This document shows, piece by piece, positions 9,786 to 18,671 of a stretch of 32,352 nt of DNA. The position numbers and the translations under genes are program-made. Source of the DNA: Theionarchaea archaeon (GTDB lineage Archaea; Methanobacteriota_B; Thermococci; Methanofastidiosales; SZ-28-30); the NCBI GenBank assembly GCA_018992565.1, contig JACVGW010000018.1, forward strand, positions 1 to 32,352, given 5' to 3'. Each line of letters begins with the position of its first letter. Position 1 is the first letter of the stretch. The notes under the pieces were generated by a model that did no database searches, was not told where the DNA came from, and worked only from the letters and a program-made list of their open reading frames with translations.

Positions 9786-9974
9786 GGGGACGAAAGAGAT
9801 TCCTTATTTAAAAGACTTTCCTCTTCAGAACCTCATTTCTTTATTGCAGCGGAAACGTGGGGCCTCTGAAAAGATGTGTCCGCATTGATTGTTATAGCTC
9901 ACCCTCTAAATCCCAATTGTACCTTGTACCTCCCAACCTTTAAATATGAAAATTCTTTTGAGGCACAGGTTATC

Positions 9975-11342
9975 ATGCCGGAAGAGAAAATCAAACTGGA
10001 GTCTGATGAGATTTTCAGGCTGCTCATCACGTTATCGGTGCCAGGGATCGTCAGCATGTTCATCCAGGCACTGTACAGTGTGGTTGACAGTATATGGGTT
10101 GGTCACCTCAGCAAAGACGCTCTGGCCGCCCTGTCTCTGGCATTCCCTGTGCAGATGGTTCTCATTGCAGTGGCAGTGGGAGCTGGAGTTGGGGTCACCT
10201 CATTGATGTCCCGGTTGATTGGCCAGGGGAATGTACAGAGAGCCTCCAATGCGGCTGAGCATGGCATTGTCATTGCTCTCATGTTTGGAGGTATTACCTT
10301 TCTAGTAGGATATGTGTTCTCTTCTCAGATCATAGGATTGTTCAGCAATGATCCTGTCTTGGTTGAATTTGGTTCAGAGTATATCGAAATCATTCTCCTG
10401 GGTTCTACTGCATTGTTCATTCCCATGATGTCAAATGCTATTCTGAGGGGGGAAGGAAATACCTTTATCCCTATGGTGACCATGCTCATTGGGTCTGTTA
10501 TGAATATGGGGCTGGACCCGTTGCTTATCTTTGGGATTGGACCATTTCCCAGGATGGAAGTGGCGGGAGCTGCTCTTGCTACCGTGCTGTCACGGGTCAT
10601 TAGTGGGTCTTTCATCCTTTACATACTGCTCCGGGGGAAGACTCTGATCTCTCTTGACTTCAAGCATTTCAGACACGACTTTTCTGTTATCAAAGGAATA
10701 TTCAACGTGGGGCTTCCATCCATGGTGATGCAGGTCCTGGCTTCTGTCACGGCAGGGTCCATGAATATCATACTGGGGGGATTTTCTGCAACAGCTATTG
10801 CCGCCATGGGTATCCACTTCAGGTTACAGTCCTTTGTACTCATGCCTGTGTTCGGATTGAATCAGGGCTATCTGCCGCTGGTAGGATATAATTATGGGCA
10901 CGGGAACTTTGAAAGGATAAAAAAAACGGTGAAATATGGGATTGTGGTGGCTTTTTCCTTTACTCTGCTCGGGTTTTGTATATTCCAGTTTATTCCCTCC
11001 CAGTTGGTTCGGCTGTTCAATGATAATGCTGAATTGGTGGGTATTGGGACTCAGGCCTTGAAAACCATAAGTTACCTGTACCCCGTGGTGGGGTTTACCT
11101 TAATTGCTTCTGCCACATTTCAGGCATTCGGAAAGGCGTTTAGGAGCCTGGGGATTACCGTGCTGAGGCAGCTTGTTCTGCTGCTGCCTTTGGCATTTGC
11201 ATTCGGCAGAGCTGGTGGGCTGCCCTTGATCTGGTATGCCTTTCCTGTTGCAGAAGTCATTGGATTCTGCGTTGCTGTGGCATGGCTTAGAAAGACTTTG
11301 CAACAGGTGGAGAAAGAACTGAGTTCTGCCCCGGGAACATGA
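9975..11342 (+). CDS. MATE family efflux transporter
   Basis: LYSVVDSIWVG, ILRGEGNT, GAALAT, VGYNYG motifs; start moved to ATG 9975, downstream of promoter AACCTTTAAAT (9935-9945). Confidence 0.92.
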   Translation: MPEEKIKLESDEIFRLLITLSVPGIVSMFIQALYSVVDSIWVGHLSKDALAALSLAFPVQMVLIAVAVGAGVGVTSLMSRLIGQGNVQRASNAAEHGIVIALMFGGITFLVGYVFSSQIIGLFSNDPVLVEFGSEYIEIILLGSTALFIPMMSNAILRGEGNTFIPMVTMLIGSVMNMGLDPLLIFGIGPFPRMEVAGAALATVLSRVISGSFILYILLRGKTLISLDFKHFRHDFSVIKGIFNVGLPSMVMQVLASVTAGSMNIILGGFSATAIAAMGIHFRLQSFVLMPVFGLNQGYLPLVGYNYGHGNFERIKKTVKYGIVVAFSFTLLGFCIFQFIPSQLVRLFNDNAELVGIGTQALKTISYLYPVVGFTLIASATFQAFGKAFRSLGITVLRQLVLLLPLAFAFGRAGGLPLIWYAFPVAEVIGFCVAVAWLRKTLQQVEKELSSAPGT

Positions 11343-11353
11343 TGAGTTCATGG

Positions 11354-12643
11354 TCAAGCCTCGTCAGCTACGTCACCAGAGGTGGCGTTGTGGCTATTGG
11401 CTTCAAAGTCATCGTAGACTTTTCCAGACAACCCAATAATGAAGTATACAACTACCCCGATCTGGGCAACTGACAGAATCATCACTATCCAATGGGCTGG
11501 AATGAGGTCCAGCAAGAAACCCACGACACCAAATCCAAGTGGTACGACAGCTTGGGCAGCAAGCTCTATCACTGAGAAGACCCGAGCTCTGAAGGCAGTG
11601 GGAGTCATTTTCTGCAGTTCCACCATGAGTGGCGTATTGATAAGAGCATTGAACAACCCCATGAGCACAAACGTACAAAAGAGCACGAAGAAACAGAGCC
11701 AGCTGGCATATCCGAGCAGGTACAGGACTTGAGGGAAAACAATCAGGGCAAACGCAACCATTACTAGAGATTCTGCAAGGAGTCCCATATTAAGCATTTT
11801 CCTCACTTTTGTTTTTGCCAAGAAAGCTCCGATAATGACATTTCCAAGCAATGTTCCCCCCATGAAGGATGTTTCCAGCATTCCGAACTGCTCCGAAGCG
11901 AATTTTATGATTACTCTCATCACATACGGAATAACCACAGAAAACAGAGGAGACATCAGGAAATTCAGCACTAATGCTATCATCAGCATAATCAACAACC
12001 CATGGCGTGCTTTCACAAAGGAGAGCCCTTCTCTCAAATCACTTGCCACTTCATGTAGCCCCGTGAATCTCTCGGTCTTCTGGCTGTACCTGATGAACAT
12101 TTCACTGATTCCCGACCCCAGGAACGAAACACCATTTATCAAGAAAGCGATCTCAATACCACCGATTGCATAGATAATCCCTCCCAGAGCAGGCCCAATG
12201 ATGAATGAAACACTGTTGACAGCTCCCAGAATGCTGTTGGCCCTGGTTAAATCTTCCACCTCAACAATGTCAGGAAGCATGGCTGAAGTTGCCGGCCCAA
12301 ACAGTGCATTCATAACAGAAGTCAATAATTGAGCGCCAAACAAGAGGGGAATCGTGATACGGTTGTCATAGGCAAGTCCTGCCAGTCCAAGGATGAGTAC
12401 TCCTCTGCCAAAATCTGTCCATACCATGATCTTCTTTCTGTTTACCCTATCCCCAATTACCCCTGCCAGGGGTACCATCACCAGCCTGGGAGCTACTGTC
12501 ATGATCATGAAAGTGCCCATCATAGCACCTGAACCTGTCAAATCCAGAATGAACAAGGGCAGAGCCACGTCCTGGACGCCTGTGCCAATCAGAGACACCA
12601 ACCTTCCTACAGAGAAGAGCCAGAAATTTCGCGCGTGCTTCAT
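11354..12643 (-). CDS. MFS transporter (DHA3/MefA-like)
   Basis: GVIGDRVNRKKIMV motif A, GPALGG, FRARVFS; about 12 hydrophobic segments. Confidence 0.9.
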   Translation of the reverse strand: MKHARNFWLFSVGRLVSLIGTGVQDVALPLFILDLTGSGAMMGTFMIMTVAPRLVMVPLAGVIGDRVNRKKIMVWTDFGRGVLILGLAGLAYDNRITIPLLFGAQLLTSVMNALFGPATSAMLPDIVEVEDLTRANSILGAVNSVSFIIGPALGGIIYAIGGIEIAFLINGVSFLGSGISEMFIRYSQKTERFTGLHEVASDLREGLSFVKARHGLLIMLMIALVLNFLMSPLFSVVIPYVMRVIIKFASEQFGMLETSFMGGTLLGNVIIGAFLAKTKVRKMLNMGLLAESLVMVAFALIVFPQVLYLLGYASWLCFFVLFCTFVLMGLFNALINTPLMVELQKMTPTAFRARVFSVIELAAQAVVPLGFGVVGFLLDLIPAHWIVMILSVAQIGVVVYFIIGLSGKVYDDFEANSHNATSGDVADEA

Positions 12644-12810
12644 GGTCTCACTTTGTACATTTTTGTGAACTTAGAGTGCTTTCTATTTATAAACTTTTCT
12701 GTTCAAATGTATTTCACGTCTACTAAGATATATTTTAAGTCCATATTTATTCAAATCTCAAACATACCCAAGGTTACGTATTTCATGAGATTGGGGAAAG
12801 AAACAGGGAC

Positions 12811-13440
12811 CTATTCAGGTTCAACTTTTTTCCAGATTCTTATGACATCACAGGGACTTCCCATTGCTCTGCATTCAATTTCTTCTACCTTATGGGGGTT
12901 TCCTGTAATCCATTCCACAGCATAGTCCAGCATACCCACCAGGAATCCACATATGGGCTTATCTGATGTCACTCCTTCACTTCCTTCGTAATCATGGTCA
13001 ATAAACAGAAAGTAGTCATCCTCTTCCTTGAGCTCGTATCGCTCCTTCCCCATGGCGGTGGGGGCCCGTTCCAGTGACTGGTCTATGAACTTCTCCAGAG
13101 TCATACGAATCCTCCTCGGTTCGGGAAAAATTCTGGCTGCAGTCTTCACGGGTATGGTGATAGCAGGTCGGCTCTTCACCATTCTCTCCATGACCTTCCT
13201 CCCTACATTGAGCTGAAGACTGCGCGCCCCTTTATGCCCAAACAAGTCCAGAATCGCCCGGTACAGAGACTGGAGATGCTCAACCGGAATGGCACCTTGG
13301 TCATCATCTGGAGGAAAGCTGTCGACATACTGTTCAAGGTGCGCATAATTCAAGATGGTCTTGAGACCATGTTCCCCTACGATATCCTGGAGTGTTTCCA
13401 GCCACTTTCTAAGTATGAAGTTGTCTATTCTCTGGGGCAT
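12811..13440 (-). CDS. V4R domain protein (paralog 1)
   Basis: PICGFLVG...VEEIECRAMGSPC V4R motif; start moved to ATG 13440 behind SD GGCGGTGA. Confidence 0.85.
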   Translation of the reverse strand: MPQRIDNFILRKWLETLQDIVGEHGLKTILNYAHLEQYVDSFPPDDDQGAIPVEHLQSLYRAILDLFGHKGARSLQLNVGRKVMERMVKSRPAITIPVKTAARIFPEPRRIRMTLEKFIDQSLERAPTAMGKERYELKEEDDYFLFIDHDYEGSEGVTSDKPICGFLVGMLDYAVEWITGNPHKVEEIECRAMGSPCDVIRIWKKVEPE

Positions 13441-13775
13441 GAGATCACCGCCCATGAGCCACAGGCTGTTCATCACAGAATGTGGTTTCCTCCAGGTTTT
13501 CCACTATCTGGGCTGGCTCTCCTCTTTTCATGACCACAATCATATTTTCCATTCTACCAAACCTCTTTCAACCAGAATTAGATTGTGGAAAGAATGAAAT
13601 GACTGCTAATAAAATGCTATGTCTTGAAAAATAAGCTGATGGTCGGCTTCCATCTTTTGGAAGGAGCTATGGAGTCTTAATAGTAACTCAAATCAGAGAA
13701 AACATTTATCAACTTCGTCGATTTATTCATTGTGCCTGTGCAAAGGAGTGAAAGGGCATGGGTAGAGGTGATGAA

Positions 13776-14018
13776 ATGCCCCGTTATAGAAAAGAAAGCA
13801 GCCATGGAGCAGAGGAAATAATTAAGAGAGCCAGAGCTTTTTTCGGACCAGGCGGCATTGGCCTGGAAATAAAGGATGAAGGGCAGTGCTGTATTGCCTT
13901 CGAAGGTGGAGGAGGCCATGTGCACATTGATGCTGTATCAAAGGAAAAAGGTAGTGACATCGAAATTGAAACTCGTGAATGGGACTACCAGGTTAGAGAA
14001 TTCCTGAAGAAGATCTAG
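13776..14018 (+). CDS. Small hypothetical protein (80 aa)
   Basis: SD GAGGTGA before ATG 13776; protein-like sequence FFGPGGIGL...FEGGGGHV...ETREWDYQV. Confidence 0.75.
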   Translation: MPRYRKESSHGAEEIIKRARAFFGPGGIGLEIKDEGQCCIAFEGGGGHVHIDAVSKEKGSDIEIETREWDYQVREFLKKI

Positions 14019-14154
14019 TTGCAGTGAGATTGGAACTGACCAAGAATGCTGTGATATCAAAGCTTTGTCCAGCGTCCGATATTCCACTTTCTCTGGGATA
14101 CCCCATCATGAAAGATATCATGCTAGTTCGTGTCAGAAAGCAGTAGGGTGTAGA

Positions 14155-14230
14155 CTAAGGGGGAGGGACAGGTCCGAAGACCGGTCCCTATGGGAGACAA
14201 AAGATGAGAGACTTAATGTGTTTCCCATAT
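14155..14230 (-). ncRNA. Candidate stand-alone small RNA with two hairpins
   Basis: GAGGAAAG plus TTATATAA (14249-14256) promoter; stem UAUGGGAAACA/UGUCUCCCAUA; stem AGGGAC-C-GGUC-UUCG-GACC-U-GUCCCU. Confidence 0.55.
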
Positions 14231-14319
14231 CTAAATTGTTTTTCATGCTTATATAACTTTCCTCTTTTCAAGCAGGCAGATCGTCATAATTCACATATAT
14301 ATGTTCAGATAATTGATTC

Positions 14320-15435
14320 TCACTCTTCAAACAGAGAAGCTGCCTCTTTCATTCTGGAGATGATATCGACTTCAAATGGACAGCGCTGAACACATTGACC
14401 ACATTCAGTGCATGCGGAGGCTCTGACAGGATACATAGAGTATATATCCCTGATTTCACTGTCAATGCCATGCCGTGCCCTATCCAGGAGTCTGTTGCAC
14501 TCACCAATGTCAATCCCCGCAGGACAGGGCAAACAATGGTTGCAATAGACACATTCACCTGTTACGTACTCCTGGAAGTCCACCAGGAGTTCCGAAAAGT
14601 CCTTTTCTTCATCTGTCGCATCCAGATAATGGAGGACACCCTCAAGATCCTCCAGTGTGGATACTCCCGGGACAGTAGTCGTCACACCCACCTGGGACAA
14701 TACATAGCTCAAACAGTGAGTGGGAGTGATCATTTTGGGTATTTTCTTCTTCAAGGCTTTGCTTCCCGTTTGGTACTGTGTTATTCTCACTGTCCTGTTC
14801 TGCTGCAGGAGTTTTCCTCCAGCAAAAGGTTTCATAGCAACAATTCCAACGCCTTCCCTGGCACACACAGCCAACATTTCATTGCGGTGGGGCATAGCAT
14901 TATTTGCCAGGTTTATCTGGATCATAAGTACGTCTACAAGGCCACTGGTTGCAGCATCTACAGCCACCCCATAGTCATGTGTGCTCATTCCCACACATCT
15001 GGCCATTCCTTCCTCTTTCAGGCGGGAAGCCAGGGCAAACATCCCTTTCTCCTTGACTTTCTCATGTTCCTTTTGAGTCTTGACGAAGTGAACATTGACA
15101 ATATCTGCATAGTCAGTATGCAGTCGAGCCAGAGACTCACGAAATTCAGTTTCACACCTTTTTGGGCTTCTTGTCTTCTCATACTGCCCCTTTCGTTCTG
15201 AAGAACCCAGATGCACAGCCAGCACAAATTCATCTCTTCTATCATCCAGTGCTGAAGCAAAGGCATCTAAATAATCGGCGAAGTTGAAGACCAGATCCAG
15301 GTACGTTACACCTCGTTCTGCTGCCTTGTCCACAACCTGCATGACTCTCTCCCGTGGTGCTCTGCGCAGATACTCAGTTCCCAATCCGATGGCACCTACT
15401 GCGAGTCCTGTCTTTCCGAGAATGCGGGTTTCCAT
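14320..15435 (-). CDS. Aldo/keto reductase with C-terminal 4Fe-4S dicluster domain
   Basis: LGKTGL..IGLG, GMSTH, AMKPFAGG; CVYCNHCLPCP and CTECGQCVQRCP. Confidence 0.92.
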   Translation of the reverse strand: METRILGKTGLAVGAIGLGTEYLRRAPRERVMQVVDKAAERGVTYLDLVFNFADYLDAFASALDDRRDEFVLAVHLGSSERKGQYEKTRSPKRCETEFRESLARLHTDYADIVNVHFVKTQKEHEKVKEKGMFALASRLKEEGMARCVGMSTHDYGVAVDAATSGLVDVLMIQINLANNAMPHRNEMLAVCAREGVGIVAMKPFAGGKLLQQNRTVRITQYQTGSKALKKKIPKMITPTHCLSYVLSQVGVTTTVPGVSTLEDLEGVLHYLDATDEEKDFSELLVDFQEYVTGECVYCNHCLPCPAGIDIGECNRLLDRARHGIDSEIRDIYSMYPVRASACTECGQCVQRCPFEVDIISRMKEAASLFEE

Positions 15436-15511
15436 TTTTTTTCACCTCGTCTGAAGCCAGACAATTAAGCCTCATGCCACAAGAGGTATTTCCCTCCTCA
15501 AAGATGAGGAA

Positions 15512-15524
15512 GGTTATAAAGGTT
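15512..15524 (-). promoter_or_regulatory. BRE/TATA promoter of the aldo/keto reductase gene
   Basis: AACCTTTATAACC on the minus strand, same core as the xerA promoter. Confidence 0.6.
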
Positions 15525-15665
15525 GCTTTTTCACCTCACGGAATCTTCCCAGACAGTATTGAACCCTCCAGTGCATAAGAGTCTCTCAGCGATGTGGCGA
15601 ACCTTTAATTCTCTCCCGTGGTCATGTCTCTGCAGACAGCGCACATTTAAAAGGAGTAACCCATA

Positions 15666-18356
15666 ATGGGGGCGATGGAGTTTGATGAATATGAGGGAAT
15701 AAGCAAGGAAGAATTGTTCAAAAAGCTTGATTCCTCAGAGAAAGGTCTGACCACTGAAGAAGCCCAGAGACGGAAGAAGAAATATGGCGTAAACCAGTTG
15801 GTTTTCCATCGGAAGAAATCTCCATACATTATGTTATTAGAAGAATTCAAGGGAATGTTCCCCATCCTTCTTCTCGTTTCATCCATACTCTCCTTCTTTG
15901 CCCACATCCTCAAACCAGGGGAAGGATACAACCTCATTGGGGCAGCCTTGCTGGGCGTCGTCATTCTCAATGCAGTGGTTTCTTTCATCCAGAGGTACAA
16001 GGTTGAGCAGCTGATGCAGTCATTTCTGGATTACATTCCCAAGGAGGTAGCACTCCTGAGGAATGGGGAACGGAAGCTCATGGATGCCAAAGAGACGGTC
16101 CCTGGAGACATGCTGCTGGTCCAGGAAGGGGACAAGATCTCAGCAGATGGCATTCTCATTGTGTCAAACCAGCTCCTTGTGGATGAGTCAATACTGACAG
16201 GAGAATCTGAACCTGTGGAGAAGGTAGCTTTCGGTGGTGGCAGTGATTTCTCCTGTGAAGTCTTTTCTGGTTCCACAGTCATGAGGGGAAATGCCACCAT
16301 TCTGGTGGTCAGGACAGGGAGAGCCACCCAGATAGGTTCCATCAGTGAGTTGTCCCAGACAGTGGAACGTGATTTAACTCCAATGCAGAAGGAATTGAAG
16401 CTCTTTGTGAAGAAAATAACGTACCTGGCTCTGGCTATTGGATTTATATTTTTCGTTCTGGGATTTGTCATAGGAAACACGTTCTGGACCAACCTCATTT
16501 TTGCCATCGGGATCATTGTGGCCAATGTACCTGAAGGACTCCTCCCCACTGTTACCCTGGCTCTAACCCAGGCGTCCTACAGAATGGGTAGGAGAAATGC
16601 CATCATAAAGACCATTTTATCTGTCGAGACTCTGGGTTCCACCACTGTCATCTGCACCGACAAGACAGGAACCCTGACCCAGAACAAGCTGCACGTAGAC
16701 AGAGTGTACCTGGACTTCAAGGAGATTTTTGCTGCAGCCCCCTGGGACTTCAAGAAAGCTCCTACTGCAGATACCATGGAAGAAGTCATGGCACTGTGTA
16801 ATGAGGTAGTGACTGCCCAGGACGAGCAGGGGAACAAGATCTTCAAGGGAGACCCTACTGAAGTTGCAATGGCAGAGTTTGCAGATGAGTTTACAGGATA
16901 TGACAAGCTGAGTGGGTTGTATGAGCTGGTGGGGGGAAAACCCTTCACACCTGAGGATAAGTACATGTATACTACATATAAGAAGAATTCCTCGTTTTAT
17001 GTGACTGTTAAGGGAGCTCCTGAGGTCATTATTGAGCGATGTACCAGGGTGCAGCAGAATGAAGAAGTGACTGTCTTGTCCCCTACTGAGAAAAGACAGC
17101 TCACAGAGACAGCGGAGCGGTACGCAGACGATGGTCTTCGAGTTCTGGCTCTCGCTTACACCATCACAGATGACCCACCAGATGAGGCCGATAACCTGGT
17201 ATTTGTAGGATTTGTGGCCATGATTGACCCCCCCAGACCTGAAGTACCTGATGCTGTGGCTGCCTGCAAGACTGCAGGTATCAAGATTATCGTAATTAGC
17301 GGGGATAAGGCAGAAACAGTGAGGAATATCGCCAGAGAGCTTGGCATTGTGGAAGACCCGAGGATAATCCAGGGAGATCAATTGGCTAAAATGACAAGGG
17401 AACAGCTCGTACAGGAATTGCAGGAAGAGGAAATCATTTTTGCTCGTACTGCCCCAGAACAGAAACTCAAGATAGTTGATGCTTTAAAGGAAATGGATGA
17501 AGTAGTTGCAGTGACAGGAGATGGAGTTAATGATGCTCCTGCTTTGAAACGGGCAGATATCGGGGTTTCCATGGGATTGAGTGGGACAGATGTGGCAAAG
17601 GAAGCCTCCGATATTATCCTGCTTGACGACAATTTTGCTACAATTGTCAAGGCAATCCAGGAAGGGCGAGCAGTCTATGACAACATCAAAAAGTTCATTA
17701 CGTACATTCTTACCAGCAATATACCCGAGATTGTCCCCTTTATTGCGTACGTTCTGTTCCCTATCCCGCTGCCTATAACAGTTATCCAGATTTTGTCCAT
17801 AGACTTGATAACTGATATTCTGCCTGCCATAGGGCTGGGAAATGAACCTCCGGAAGACGATATCATGGTACGTCCTCCGCGCAGACGGGAGGAGCGGCTG
17901 GTGAGCCTGAGAACGTTCTTCAGGAGCTATGGCATTATCGGACCTTTTGAGGCTGCCTTGTCTTTCATTGTGTTTTTCATGATCCTGTACGGAGGTGGAT
18001 GGGTGTGGGGACAGCGCCTCCCTGAAACTGACTCCCTGTATCGTCAGGCAGCAGGAGCATTTCTGGCTACCATTATTTTCAGCCAGATTGGAAATGTCAA
18101 TGCCTGCAGAACCAACAGACAGAGTGCTTTGCATCACATTGCTCGATTTAACTCCTGGATAACAGCAGGAATCCTGGTGGAGGCTGCCTTCATCTTCTCA
18201 ATCATCTATGTACCTGTCTTTCACAGGTTCTTCACCACAGCACCCGTTGACTGGAGAATGTGGCCAGTAATCATTGCCGCACCTCTGGTCATTCTCGGCG
18301 TTGAGGAAGTGAGGAAGTGGCTGGTTCGTAGAGGGATCACCTTTCTCTCCGCCTAG
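15666..18356 (+). CDS. Cation-transporting P-type ATPase, type II (Na+/K+-ATPase-like)
   Basis: TGES, VANVPEGLL, DKTGTLT, KGAPE, DPPR, TGDGVND, TSNIPEI motifs. Confidence 0.95.
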   Translation: MGAMEFDEYEGISKEELFKKLDSSEKGLTTEEAQRRKKKYGVNQLVFHRKKSPYIMLLEEFKGMFPILLLVSSILSFFAHILKPGEGYNLIGAALLGVVILNAVVSFIQRYKVEQLMQSFLDYIPKEVALLRNGERKLMDAKETVPGDMLLVQEGDKISADGILIVSNQLLVDESILTGESEPVEKVAFGGGSDFSCEVFSGSTVMRGNATILVVRTGRATQIGSISELSQTVERDLTPMQKELKLFVKKITYLALAIGFIFFVLGFVIGNTFWTNLIFAIGIIVANVPEGLLPTVTLALTQASYRMGRRNAIIKTILSVETLGSTTVICTDKTGTLTQNKLHVDRVYLDFKEIFAAAPWDFKKAPTADTMEEVMALCNEVVTAQDEQGNKIFKGDPTEVAMAEFADEFTGYDKLSGLYELVGGKPFTPEDKYMYTTYKKNSSFYVTVKGAPEVIIERCTRVQQNEEVTVLSPTEKRQLTETAERYADDGLRVLALAYTITDDPPDEADNLVFVGFVAMIDPPRPEVPDAVAACKTAGIKIIVISGDKAETVRNIARELGIVEDPRIIQGDQLAKMTREQLVQELQEEEIIFARTAPEQKLKIVDALKEMDEVVAVTGDGVNDAPALKRADIGVSMGLSGTDVAKEASDIILLDDNFATIVKAIQEGRAVYDNIKKFITYILTSNIPEIVPFIAYVLFPIPLPITVIQILSIDLITDILPAIGLGNEPPEDDIMVRPPRRREERLVSLRTFFRSYGIIGPFEAALSFIVFFMILYGGGWVWGQRLPETDSLYRQAAGAFLATIIFSQIGNVNACRTNRQSALHHIARFNSWITAGILVEAAFIFSIIYVPVFHRFFTTAPVDWRMWPVIIAAPLVILGVEEVRKWLVRRGITFLSA

Positions 18357-18671
18357 AGGGTCATCCAGACCACTCCCCCGGTGCAAGTTACTTCTCATTA
18401 GAAAAATATTTATAGAAGGAAATGAAGATGTACTGGGTGTCTGTAACAATGACAGGAAGAGACTCCAATCAAACACTTCAAGAGAGAATACAAAATCGAG
18501 GGATCAAAAATAGCATGGGCGCAACAGTCACTGAGTTTTCCCAGTTTACTCACAGGGTATCTGCACATTTCCTAGAGCAGCTAATAGCATGCTGCCGTCT
18601 CTTCAGAAGCCCAGCGAGATAAAGAAACGGAATTTGAAAGACATGCCAACTTTGATTAAGAGGGTGATCTC

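Noticed and set aside
14208..14235. Possible dif site (ATATCTAAA resembles a Thermococcales dif arm)
   Set aside because: No matching inverted left arm at the 11-6-11 spacing
14395..18137. Long antisense ORFs (14395-15201, 16617-17381, 17484-18137)
   Set aside because: Shadows of motif-rich genes on the opposite strand, with no recognisable motifs
18422..18622. 66-aa ORF upstream of the DUF835 gene
   Set aside because: First ATG lies too close to the TATA box to be transcribed from it, and the sequence has no recognisable features
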